Shown here: one piece after another, positions 1 through 8,346 of the stretch
Layout: every line of letters starts with the position of its first letter
Position numbering within the stretch: the first letter of the stretch is position 1
Virus record (IMG/VR): IMGVR_UViG_3300028196_000007
Coordinates: 22,140 to 86,139 of that record
Reading direction: 5' to 3' (one strand)
Source of the DNA: a virus
DNA length: 64,000 bases
Notes under the pieces: model-generated
What the model was told of the DNA's origin: nothing
The model's database searches: none
The model's input: only the letters and a program-made list of their open reading frames with translations
Made by a program: the position numbers and the translations under genes

Positions 1-338
1 TCACCAGCATCACCAATTACATCTGTAGAACCTTTTTTAAGTTCAAGGAACTTTTCATTATCTGAGTGGTATAAGTCATTTGTATATAGTTCACAACCTA
101 CGATTGGATTTATATTACTTTCCTTTGCATGTTTATAAAACTTGTAGAAAGACGACATATTTCCATGTTCGGTTAGTGATATACCAGGTGCACCAACCTC
201 TTTTGCACGCGTCATTATATCTTCAATTTTTGTTACGCCATCCCCTTGTGAGTAAGTAGAATGGCCATGCAAAGGAACGTAATTTGTAAATTTATTTCCT
301 GTTTTGTATTTTAGTTTTAAGTCACACTTTTGACACAT
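1..338 (-). CDS. dnaE: DNA polymerase III alpha subunit (DnaE), N-terminal PHP domain; partial, runs off window start
   Basis: Not in ORF track. Manual translation from ATG 338: MCQKCDLKLKYKTGNKFTNYVPLHGHSTYSQGDGVTKIEDIMTRAKEVGAPGISLTEHGNMSSFYKFYKHAKESNINPIVGCELY. Contains the LHxHSxYS..DG, LTEHGN and PIVGCE PHP motifs typical of DnaE. Confidence 0.85.
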   Translation of the reverse strand, partial: MCQKCDLKLKYKTGNKFTNYVPLHGHSTYSQGDGVTKIEDIMTRAKEVGAPGISLTEHGNMSSFYKFYKHAKESNINPIVGCELYTNDLYHSDNEKFLELKKGSTDVIGDAG

Positions 339-363
339 AGATTACCTTTTTTATATTATACTA

Positions 364-393
364 TAATATAACAAATTTATGGGAGATATGAAA
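364..393 (-). promoter_or_regulatory. Class B (early/middle-type) promoter motif, degenerate box
   Basis: Aligns without gaps to the 30-bp motif TTTTATATGTCGGA-N6-TGTTATATTA; lies upstream of dnaE. Confidence 0.55.
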
Positions 394-422
394 GGATTTG
401 AGGAAGTATTTTTTGAAAGTTA

Positions 423-914
423 TTAACAATAAGTCCACGGCTTATTTCCATTCTCCATAAACCTATGAAGAGATGTTATCTTAACATATATTTTTCCAGG
501 CCTATATTTTGGCCAACAAGCTATAAGTGCAGACATAACCATCATATAAGTCTGGTTGTCATAGCAGAAATTGTTATCGAAGTTTTGACTTCTTACAAAA
601 ACATGCAGGTCTATCTTTCCATCTCTTGCTATTGCCTGTATTGTAGAAAGACATGCTGCTAAATCTGGATTATCTTGATAAGCTTTATGAAGTACACACT
701 GTCTAGACTCTATGCCTTTTGTTTCGCATATCTGAAGTATGTCTTCTATAATCTCGTTTCTTTCAATCTCATCGCCTTCTAAAGCAGGAGGTATTTTTTT
801 ATCCATAAAGTCTGAATCGACCTCTACCTCGTAATTAAAATTGTATACTTCTCTATACGTGCCACTGTCTTGTTTGCTTAACAGGCTTTCTATTTTCTGT
901 GCTATTTTCTTCAT
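423..914 (-). CDS. Short thymidylate synthase / dCMP-modifying enzyme homolog
   Basis: TS-fold motifs in order: ESRQCV, catalytic Cys in ACLSTIQ, LHVFVRSQN..FCYD, G...KITSLHRF. Asp occupies the Asn177 position. Confidence 0.75.
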   Translation of the reverse strand: MKKIAQKIESLLSKQDSGTYREVYNFNYEVEVDSDFMDKKIPPALEGDEIERNEIIEDILQICETKGIESRQCVLHKAYQDNPDLAACLSTIQAIARDGKIDLHVFVRSQNFDNNFCYDNQTYMMVMSALIACWPKYRPGKIYVKITSLHRFMENGNKPWTYC

Positions 915-1917
915 AATGCTTTGCTATCGATAAATATGTTTTTGTTATACCTTCTGCTGAATTCATTGCATTTGCAGACAGATTGTAATGTTGATATAAT
1001 TTATAAAAGTTTTCTGATTTCCCATTGTGTCTTGCAAGATAGTCACCTTCTGGAATTAAATTTATGTGTTCTGTTAAATCGTTGCATTGTGTAATTTCTT
1101 GAATAAGGTATAAGTAATTTTCAAATGGCATTGGCTTATCTTTACTTATAATAAAGTCTTTACCCCAACCATTATCCATCATAAGTATAGTCAAAAACAT
1201 ATCAGCGAAATATTCATATCTCATATAGTCTTTTTCTATTGAAGGGTCAAGTAATACATCAAGTTTGCCATTTTTGTTAAGTGGAGACAATGTATAAGGT
1301 ATGTTGTTCTTACTACAATATACTTTTTCTGTTATCTTTCTTATCATAGACGAGTTATCGAATGGTGCGTCACCATAAATAAACACAGGCTTTATTACCA
1401 TCATTTTTTCGAAGTCCATAGCCTGTTTTACAGCAAGCTCACCTGAATACTTTGAAAGACCATATAGTGTTTTTGGGTCTATAGGTGCTGTTTCATTAAA
1501 CTCTCCATTGTTCTTCATGTATTCATCAGGATTGAATACGGCTGTAGTAGAAAAGTATATCATTTTACAACCAACACTGCTTGCTATGTTAATAAGATTT
1601 TGAGTACTTATAATATTTGAGTTAACAGCTTCGTATGAAAAGTCATCGCACTTATCTGTATTCACATAAGCAGCAGTGTGAATTATAATATCGTCTTCAG
1701 TAAGTCTTGATGCTACCTTGTCTAGTACATCAGTATCTGTAACATCTACCTCTTTTGATTTCACAAGCTTTCCGTTTAAATAACTAAAGTCATTTGTATA
1801 TTCTGCTAAATCAGAATTGTCCATTACCTCAAATCTTTCTGTCCCGCTTTCTTCCAACGCTTTAATTATAGAGGTTGCTAGCATTCCACTTTCACCTGTT
1901 ATAAATAATTTTCTCAT
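853..1917 (-). CDS. RmlD-like NDP-sugar reductase/epimerase (extended SDR)
   Basis: FITGESGMLA Rossmann motif, HTAAYVNTDKCD, IYFSTTAVF, catalytic YGLSK. Confidence 0.85.
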   Translation of the reverse strand: MRKLFITGESGMLATSIIKALEESGTERFEVMDNSDLAEYTNDFSYLNGKLVKSKEVDVTDTDVLDKVASRLTEDDIIIHTAAYVNTDKCDDFSYEAVNSNIISTQNLINIASSVGCKMIYFSTTAVFNPDEYMKNNGEFNETAPIDPKTLYGLSKYSGELAVKQAMDFEKMMVIKPVFIYGDAPFDNSSMIRKITEKVYCSKNNIPYTLSPLNKNGKLDVLLDPSIEKDYMRYEYFADMFLTILMMDNGWGKDFIISKDKPMPFENYLYLIQEITQCNDLTEHINLIPEGDYLARHNGKSENFYKLYQHYNLSANAMNSAEGITKTYLSIAKHYEENSTENRKPVKQTRQWHV

Positions 1918-2336
1918 AATTTCTCCTGTATTTTTTCTGCTGATTGTGACACTGTATCTTTTGTCGTATCTATTCTTTTTATATCCATTCCATAGAAATT
2001 TTCTGCAATTTCAAGTACATGGTAAAACACTCTTCTGTGTTCTTTCCAATCTCTTATATCCAAATCTTTTTCATCGTGCTTTACAAATCTTTCTTTAACA
2101 AGCTCAAAAGAACAGTCGATAAAATAAAACTCTTCACCTCTACTGTAAGCTTCTTTCCACAATGAAAACCACTTGTCTTCATCTATGTCTCTATTATATA
2201 ATCTAGAGTACACTATTTGTGATAAAAAAGACCTGACATAAACTAGCGCGTTTCCTTCTGCGTTGCTTACAACCTGTCTTCTTATAGAATCTTTTCCTGT
2301 TTTATCAGGTCCATCTATGTGTATTATTTTTGCCAT
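1914..2336 (-). CDS. Thymidylate-kinase-like nucleoside monophosphate kinase
   Basis: IIHIDGPDKTGKD P-loop, VRSFLSQIVYS (DR-like motif), C-terminal IDTT. Confidence 0.75.
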   Translation of the reverse strand: MAKIIHIDGPDKTGKDSIRRQVVSNAEGNALVYVRSFLSQIVYSRLYNRDIDEDKWFSLWKEAYSRGEEFYFIDCSFELVKERFVKHDEKDLDIRDWKEHRRVFYHVLEIAENFYGMDIKRIDTTKDTVSQSAEKIQEKL

Positions 2337-2704
2337 ATTTTCATTTTAGTTGATATATAAGTTAGCTGTTCTGTTTCTACCTTTCCAAATATAAGTACTT
2401 TGTTATATACAAGTATATCGAATTCATTTTCTCTATGTAAACCAAATACATCATCTGCAACTTTAGTAGGTTCGAAATCTCTGTTTAAATCTTGTAGAGG
2501 TATGCAGCATAAGAATTCTCGTTCGTCATCTTTTTCTAATGAATATCCCCAATTGTCTCCTATAAAAGACTTTGTTTTTATTCTATCCTCTACCAAAGAT
2601 TCCCAAAACTTAATTTCTTGTTTTGCAGCTGGATTCTCGTAGAAGCAATAAGTTAACTTAACTTCCTGTACTACCAAATCCTCCATCTCCTCTACTTGTA
2701 TCAC
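2324..2704 (-). CDS. Hypothetical protein (true start possibly 2686)
   Basis: Fills the gap between dUTPase and kinase, overlapping both; no recognisable motif. Confidence 0.6.
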   Translation of the reverse strand: MIQVEEMEDLVVQEVKLTYCFYENPAAKQEIKFWESLVEDRIKTKSFIGDNWGYSLEKDDEREFLCCIPLQDLNRDFEPTKVADDVFGLHRENEFDILVYNKVLIFGKVETEQLTYISTKMKIWQK

Positions 2705-3119
2705 TTAACTCATCAACTTCTTTAAATTCAAAATTAGGCACAGGCATGATAATAATCTGACCTACTCTATCACCTGGTGAATATCTTGAAATGTCTGTTG
2801 AACAACCTGATTTTTTAAATCTTAACTTTACAGGGCCTCTGTAACCTGAGTCAACTACTCCGACACAGTTTGCTAGCATTAGATCTGTTTTTGATACAGA
2901 GCTTCGCGGGAATAGATAACCTACATATCCTTCAGGTATTTCCATAGCCAAGCCTGTATCGTATTCGATATACTTAACTTCTTTTGATGTATAACCTTCT
3001 TTATCGTCACTATATTTTATCTTCATTGACACTGATGTTAAATCCATACCTGCATCGCCTTGCTTTGCATATTTTGGTATTACCGCTGTTGGGTCTAATT
3101 TTTTTATATTAATCTTCAT
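2658..3119 (-). CDS. dut: Trimeric dUTPase
   Basis: GDAGMDL, PRSS, GVVDSGYRG, GDRVGQ and RGDGGFGSTG motifs all present. Confidence 0.97.
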   Translation of the reverse strand: MKINIKKLDPTAVIPKYAKQGDAGMDLTSVSMKIKYSDDKEGYTSKEVKYIEYDTGLAMEIPEGYVGYLFPRSSVSKTDLMLANCVGVVDSGYRGPVKLRFKKSGCSTDISRYSPGDRVGQIIIMPVPNFEFKEVDELSDTSRGDGGFGSTGS

Positions 3120-4047
3120 TGTGAATAACCTCTATTATATTTCCGTTAATTGTTTTAATTCCTTCGTTTAGTTTTCTATCAAGTGTTTTCTGTGAGTATA
3201 TACCTAAGTTCTTTCTTAGGAACACTTTGAATCCACTGTCATGAAGCTTGTTTGCATTTTGTATATCATCATCTATACAGAAAGCTACTTTATCTGTATC
3301 AAAGTTATTGATAATATATTTTTCTTTTTCTTCATCAAATACAATAGCATCATAACAAATATTGTTATCAGCCAACCACTTTATTGTATCTGAATATATT
3401 CTAAAGTATTTCTTGTATGGTCTTGCTGTAAGCAATACTACATTATATTCTTCACATGTCTTCTTCATAAAAGATTCTACACCTGACAATACTTTAAGTT
3501 TAGCTTTAATACCGCAAGTTCTATATTCAGACTTAATTTTGTATTGCTCTTTTTTGTCAACCTGACTTTTGAATTCAGCAAGAGATTTATACCCTGCCCA
3601 TTCTAAAAAACCACCTGGCCAATCGGCAAGTACTCCATCGATATCAATAAAAGCTATTTGCTTATCTGAAGCCTTAATTCTATCCATTACTTCTTCTTGA
3701 TTGAACTTTGCTTCAACAACTTTTGATTTATCTATAAATTTTTCATACAAATCATCTACACCAAAACCATTTAATTGTATAATACCAAATAAGTATTTTA
3801 GTACATCAACACATTCTTCTAATACATTGTCGTTAATATCTTCTGTATTTTTAGAAGTGTGCATTTTCCAATCTATCTCATCGAGTACTTCATATACCTC
3901 TTTAGACAGCGCTAGAACGTACTCCTTGTTCCATTTAATCTTAAGTTCTTTATCCTCCATCACCTCATTTAACGATAAACCTTGTTTTTCGAAAAATTTA
4001 TTAGTAAATTCTTTTTGTATCTTAAATACTTCTTTTAATCTATCCAT
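3109..4047 (-). CDS. All-alpha NTP pyrophosphatase (dimeric dUTPase/dCTPase, gp56-like) fused to HAD nucleotidase-like domain
   Basis: N-terminal EVYEVLDEIDWKMH...VLEECVDVLKY (ExxE..WK..EExxD); C-terminal DIDGVLAD, LLTARP, CIDDD HAD motifs. Confidence 0.75.
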   Translation of the reverse strand: MDRLKEVFKIQKEFTNKFFEKQGLSLNEVMEDKELKIKWNKEYVLALSKEVYEVLDEIDWKMHTSKNTEDINDNVLEECVDVLKYLFGIIQLNGFGVDDLYEKFIDKSKVVEAKFNQEEVMDRIKASDKQIAFIDIDGVLADWPGGFLEWAGYKSLAEFKSQVDKKEQYKIKSEYRTCGIKAKLKVLSGVESFMKKTCEEYNVVLLTARPYKKYFRIYSDTIKWLADNNICYDAIVFDEEKEKYIINNFDTDKVAFCIDDDIQNANKLHDSGFKVFLRKNLGIYSQKTLDRKLNEGIKTINGNIIEVIHNED

Positions 4048-4979
4048 TCTTTCACCCTGTCTAATACTTCGTTAGCTTTTATTTTATGATTCCATTCTGC
4101 AAATCTACCTAACAAAGTGATTCCTTTTATTTCATTGATTTTTTGGCTTTTCTCTATCTGTATAGGTAAATCCTCAAACTTCATTTCTATTTTATTTCCT
4201 TCGATGCTGTCACCTTCTATAGGCTTAACAGATTCGTATACAATATAATCTTTAAAATATGTACATCTTGTCCAGTCTGCATGTATTGAATATATGTAGT
4301 CATATGTTAATGAAGGATGCTTACTATCCATAGCCTCAGGTACTGTAAATCCATAACTACATTTATAAAAAGATTTTTTGCTTGTTGAAAAATCAAATCC
4401 TAGTTTTGTACATTCGTTATCAACATCTGCGCATATCTTTCTTAATATGTTTATATTTAAAGTATTTATTATATTACCATATTCTAATGTTGAGCCATTT
4501 GCTAACTCTAATTGGCTCAAGGTTGTGTCAATTGATTTTACAGATGTTTTTATTAACTGACCTCTTTCTTCTATAATACTAAGTAGTCTCGTAAATATTT
4601 CTTTATAGCTATCTTCACCCAACTCATCAACTTCGCAATGCATGATTTCTGTCTTACCTTCTGACAAATGACTGCCTTCGCCTTCATTGCCTCTTGTTCT
4701 CATGCTGTATTTCTTTTTAAAGTTTTCGTCAGGTGAATCATACACACCTTCTTTTTCATGATAACCTATAACACACTTTTCAATTTTTAATTCTAAATCA
4801 TTTGCAACTTCCTTTACAAACCATTTCATGTTTGGATTTGACTGCAAAAGTCTAGGGCCTGGTATAAACGGCATGTTTAATTGACCTAAAGGTTTTTCGT
4901 CTATAACCTTATAGTCTTTATTAAAATATGCAGCTATCAAACCTGCTGGTCCTGCTCCTAATATGTAATTTTGTTTCAT
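4035..4979 (-). CDS. FAD-dependent protein, UDP-galactopyranose mutase-like
   Basis: YILGAGPAGL dinucleotide-binding motif and C-terminal LLGRFAEWNH typical of the UGM/HemY-like flavoprotein fold. Confidence 0.65.
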   Translation of the reverse strand: MKQNYILGAGPAGLIAAYFNKDYKVIDEKPLGQLNMPFIPGPRLLQSNPNMKWFVKEVANDLELKIEKCVIGYHEKEGVYDSPDENFKKKYSMRTRGNEGEGSHLSEGKTEIMHCEVDELGEDSYKEIFTRLLSIIEERGQLIKTSVKSIDTTLSQLELANGSTLEYGNIINTLNINILRKICADVDNECTKLGFDFSTSKKSFYKCSYGFTVPEAMDSKHPSLTYDYIYSIHADWTRCTYFKDYIVYESVKPIEGDSIEGNKIEMKFEDLPIQIEKSQKINEIKGITLLGRFAEWNHKIKANEVLDRVKEWID

Positions 4980-5001
4980 CTGTAACCTTTTTATTTATAT
5001 A

Positions 5002-5031
5002 TAATATAACAAATTTTTACGACATATAATA
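5002..5031 (-). promoter_or_regulatory. Class B promoter motif driving the nucleotide/sugar cluster
   Basis: TATATGTCG box plus TTGTTATATTA at the conserved spacing. Confidence 0.65.
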
Positions 5032-5065
5032 CATTTTATAGTATAATTGTTGTATCCAATCTTCT

Positions 5066-6925
5066 CTAATTGATTTCACAACTACCTCCTGCACATGCTA
5101 GCTCACCAGATAGATTTGTATTATCTTCAATTTCTATAACATTTGATAAATCTACATCTGTTAGTACCTTCATCATCTCGTTGTATTTTTCTTTAGTAAT
5201 ATCTTCGAATGGAGCTTGAGTATATGTTCCGCCATCATAAGGTAGAACTGATAGGCCATTGTAGTATTTTCTATTAAGCCACATCCATTCTCCTGCTAAA
5301 TCCCATTCGTTTTCTTTCAAGCTAATCGTTGCAGAAACGTTATGTGTGTTACTGCCATTTCTATGTCCTGGTACTACCCATTCAGTTGCAACTTTCTTAA
5401 CTCTTTCAAGTGTGTTAAATGGAGATTCTGTTCTTAATATCGAACCTTCAGGTGATTTTTGAGGTACTTGAATAACTGCAGTATCATGTGGTCTAAAATA
5501 TTCATCTTCAACTAACTCTGGATGGTTTGTTTTTAGATGTTGGTATATTGACTCGTTTTTGCCAACTCGAATTCTACGTACATAGTATTCATTGTGCCAT
5601 GCATGAATACCTGAACTTGTACCTAAAACTAAACTTGTAGTACCTGCTGGCTTTACAGTCGTTGTTCTAGCTGATTTGTTTATTCCGATAATTTTAGCAA
5701 CTCGAGTATTCTCTCTCTTAACTAAACTTGCTGCTTTTTTCATATCATATCCAAGTACTACACCTGAACCAATACCTGTCATACTTACACCAATCAACGC
5801 ATCCTTTTCTGTTGTTTCTCTCCAAACATCTCGCAAATAATGAAAATCTGTATACCCTGCCTGTAAAGTTCCAACAAACGCAGCAGCCTTAACTCTTTCG
5901 TTTAAATCTTCTTGTGATTCTATATTAGAAACATTTACTTCACAAAGATTACAGAACTGATTTGGTCTTAATGCTATTTCACAACAAGGATTGGTTCCCC
6001 AATCTTTATCGTTATTAAAGTATATACCTGGTTCACCAGCACCTGAAAGCTCTACTCTTTTCCATAGGTCCATAAAGAATTCTTGAGTTATTTTATGTCT
6101 CATTAGACAAGCTGAATTGTTCGCTCTACCTCTTTGTGGATTTGTTTCCCACCAGTTACCGCTTTTACAACTAATCATTTCGTCATCATCAGCATTGAAT
6201 AAACTAATAAGTGCGGCTCTTCTAATACCGCCAGCCAATACAGCATCAGCAATGTGGCAAATAATATCATGAGCTTCCAATGTAGTTAGTCTTTCTCCAG
6301 CCTGCTTAGTCTCCAATATTCCTGTAAGTTTAAGAATACATTCTTTTAATGGCTGAGGTCCTGGAGCTTTACCACCAGAAGTAACTAGCATAGAACCTTT
6401 AGGTCTTACATCTGAATAATCAAATTCTATATTACTTCCACCACCATTCATATATGATTTCATAAGAACTTTGATAGCGTCAGCCCAACCTTCAATAGAA
6501 TCACCTACTAAAAATCTTCTCTTTCTTTTCGGCCAAGGTTTTTGTATTACAGGTAGCTTGTTTACGTGATGTCTTTGTACTGAGTATCCAACTCCAGTAC
6601 CACCTAGTAATAAAAACATAGTTTCACTAAAAGCGTCAACGCAATCGATTGGAAGATACGCACAGTTGTAAATTCTGTTTGGAGATATCTCAATAGGTTT
6701 TCCACCAAATTGTAAACTACGCATTGACGGTAGTATTTTTTTATCATACACTAATTTATATTTTTCTTCAATCTCATCTTTTAACATCGGGAATTTCTTT
6801 TGGTGCATTTTTTTATTACGAGTCACCAACTCTTCCCACGTCTCTCTTCTGTTTAAATCTGTCGCATACTTTGCGTATTTCATATAAACTGTAATTTCCG
6901 ATAATATTTGATTTGATATTTCCAT
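5066..6925 (-). CDS. nrdJ: Class II (B12-dependent) ribonucleotide reductase
   Basis: NCAY, GGTGVG, GTNPCCEI, CNLCEVN, TVKPAGT and C-terminal ACAGGSCEI. Confidence 0.95.
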   Translation of the reverse strand: MEISNQILSEITVYMKYAKYATDLNRRETWEELVTRNKKMHQKKFPMLKDEIEEKYKLVYDKKILPSMRSLQFGGKPIEISPNRIYNCAYLPIDCVDAFSETMFLLLGGTGVGYSVQRHHVNKLPVIQKPWPKRKRRFLVGDSIEGWADAIKVLMKSYMNGGGSNIEFDYSDVRPKGSMLVTSGGKAPGPQPLKECILKLTGILETKQAGERLTTLEAHDIICHIADAVLAGGIRRAALISLFNADDDEMISCKSGNWWETNPQRGRANNSACLMRHKITQEFFMDLWKRVELSGAGEPGIYFNNDKDWGTNPCCEIALRPNQFCNLCEVNVSNIESQEDLNERVKAAAFVGTLQAGYTDFHYLRDVWRETTEKDALIGVSMTGIGSGVVLGYDMKKAASLVKRENTRVAKIIGINKSARTTTVKPAGTTSLVLGTSSGIHAWHNEYYVRRIRVGKNESIYQHLKTNHPELVEDEYFRPHDTAVIQVPQKSPEGSILRTESPFNTLERVKKVATEWVVPGHRNGSNTHNVSATISLKENEWDLAGEWMWLNRKYYNGLSVLPYDGGTYTQAPFEDITKEKYNEMMKVLTDVDLSNVIEIEDNTNLSGELACAGGSCEIN

Positions 6926-6959
6926 TTTCTTCCCTTTATTTTTAAGTGTTCTGACTTAT

Positions 6960-6981
6960 AATGCCAACAGCTGTTGGCATT
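6960..6981. repeat. Perfect 22-bp palindrome in nrdJ leader
   Basis: AATGCCAACAGCTGTTGGCATT equals its own reverse complement. Confidence 0.9.
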
Positions 6982-6986
6982 GCTAG

Positions 6987-6995
6987 TATAAATAT
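6987..6995 (-). promoter_or_regulatory. Class A (late-type) promoter motif ATATTTATA
   Basis: One of about 19 copies found just upstream of genes on the coding strand. Confidence 0.65.
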
Positions 6996-6996
6996 A

Positions 6997-8346
6997 TTAG
7001 TCATCAAGTTCTTCGAACCTCTTTTTCATTTCTTTTCTTAAATATTCTTGATGGTTACTCATCTGAGTTGTTAGCTCTTTACCTGTAACTGAGTTTTCAT
7101 CAAATATGTTAAAGTTACCGTTGTTTGTATTTATCTGACTTGGAAAAGTTATACCATCAGGCCCAAATCTATTTTTGATAACATGTATTCTACCTGTGCC
7201 TCCAACTTTATCTTCTATCTTTCTAGATAATGACATTACAAAATCTGCTGTCATAATCTTTGAATATGATTCTGCAATCTTGTCTGCCTGGATTACATCT
7301 TCCTGAAGTGCAGATCTGTTTGCTTGTGATGCTGTCCAAACTGGCACATCTAAAGTACCTGCAAGACCTCTTAGTTCTTCATAAATATTACCTAGCTCTA
7401 ACCTATAGTCTTTTTGTCCGCCGTTACCTCTTAATAAATCTGCATAATCCAAAATTACCATATCAGGTTCTTTACCTAGCATTCTGTACCTTTCGACATG
7501 AGAAGCTATTGTTGATATAGCAGCTGTTTTTGTTGGATAGTATTTTACAATTAAATTACCTGGTATCTTTTCAACTGTTTCCTTTACAGAATCGATATTA
7601 TATTTAAGCTCTTGGTTTGCAATTCCTGTTATAACTGAATCGTATCTTAATCCAACATAAGCTTCGTTTAATTCGAGTGTATAGTGTAGTACATTCTTAC
7701 CTTGTTTGATAACATTTGCACCTAAGTTAACAAGCAGAAACGATTTACCAATTCCAGCTGGTGCAACAACAACTCCAAGCTCGCCTTTACCTAACCCGCC
7801 GTCCATAAGATTATCAATCACATCCCAGCCTGTAGGTAATATGTGTCTTGTTGCTTGGTTATATCTTTCTTCTACCATTGCAACGTAATCATGGCCTACA
7901 TTTCTTTCTGTACCTGCTGTCATTGCAGCATCAACCTTAGCTTTTATTGCGTCATATTTTCCTGATTTTAGTAATTCGACAGAGTCAATTATTGCATTCT
8001 TTAAAACTTTATTTTTACAAAAGTCCAATGTTTGCTTCATTACAAAATCTAGGTCTTGTGAGTCTACATATTTAAAAGTGTCCTTTACGTTAGCAACTAT
8101 ACTTTTCTTAAACACATCGTCAGTAATTTCAGATATCTTTACCTTTAATACCTCTGCTGTTGGCTGAGATTTATATTCCTTAAAATATTCTTTTATAACT
8201 GAAACCAAAAATTGATTTGATTCATTCTCAAAATATTCAGGTTGAAGTATATCGTCAATCTGTTGAAGAAACTGTTTGTCTTTTAGTAGACATGTTATAA
8301 TTTTTATCTGGAATGTATAACCAAACTCGCTTAATCTATCACTCAT
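6997..8346 (-). CDS. DnaB/gp41-like replicative helicase
   Basis: PTGW, APAGIGKS Walker A, ILDYADL, WTASQANR, KNRFG. Confidence 0.95.
   Translation of the reverse strand: MSDRLSEFGYTFQIKIITCLLKDKQFLQQIDDILQPEYFENESNQFLVSVIKEYFKEYKSQPTAEVLKVKISEITDDVFKKSIVANVKDTFKYVDSQDLDFVMKQTLDFCKNKVLKNAIIDSVELLKSGKYDAIKAKVDAAMTAGTERNVGHDYVAMVEERYNQATRHILPTGWDVIDNLMDGGLGKGELGVVVAPAGIGKSFLLVNLGANVIKQGKNVLHYTLELNEAYVGLRYDSVITGIANQELKYNIDSVKETVEKIPGNLIVKYYPTKTAAISTIASHVERYRMLGKEPDMVILDYADLLRGNGGQKDYRLELGNIYEELRGLAGTLDVPVWTASQANRSALQEDVIQADKIAESYSKIMTADFVMSLSRKIEDKVGGTGRIHVIKNRFGPDGITFPSQINTNNGNFNIFDENSVTGKELTTQMSNHQEYLRKEMKKRFEELDD

Noticed and set aside
6926-6996. Cobalamin riboswitch upstream of B12-dependent nrdJ
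   Set aside because: The intergenic space is only about 70 nt and has no B12-box sequence.
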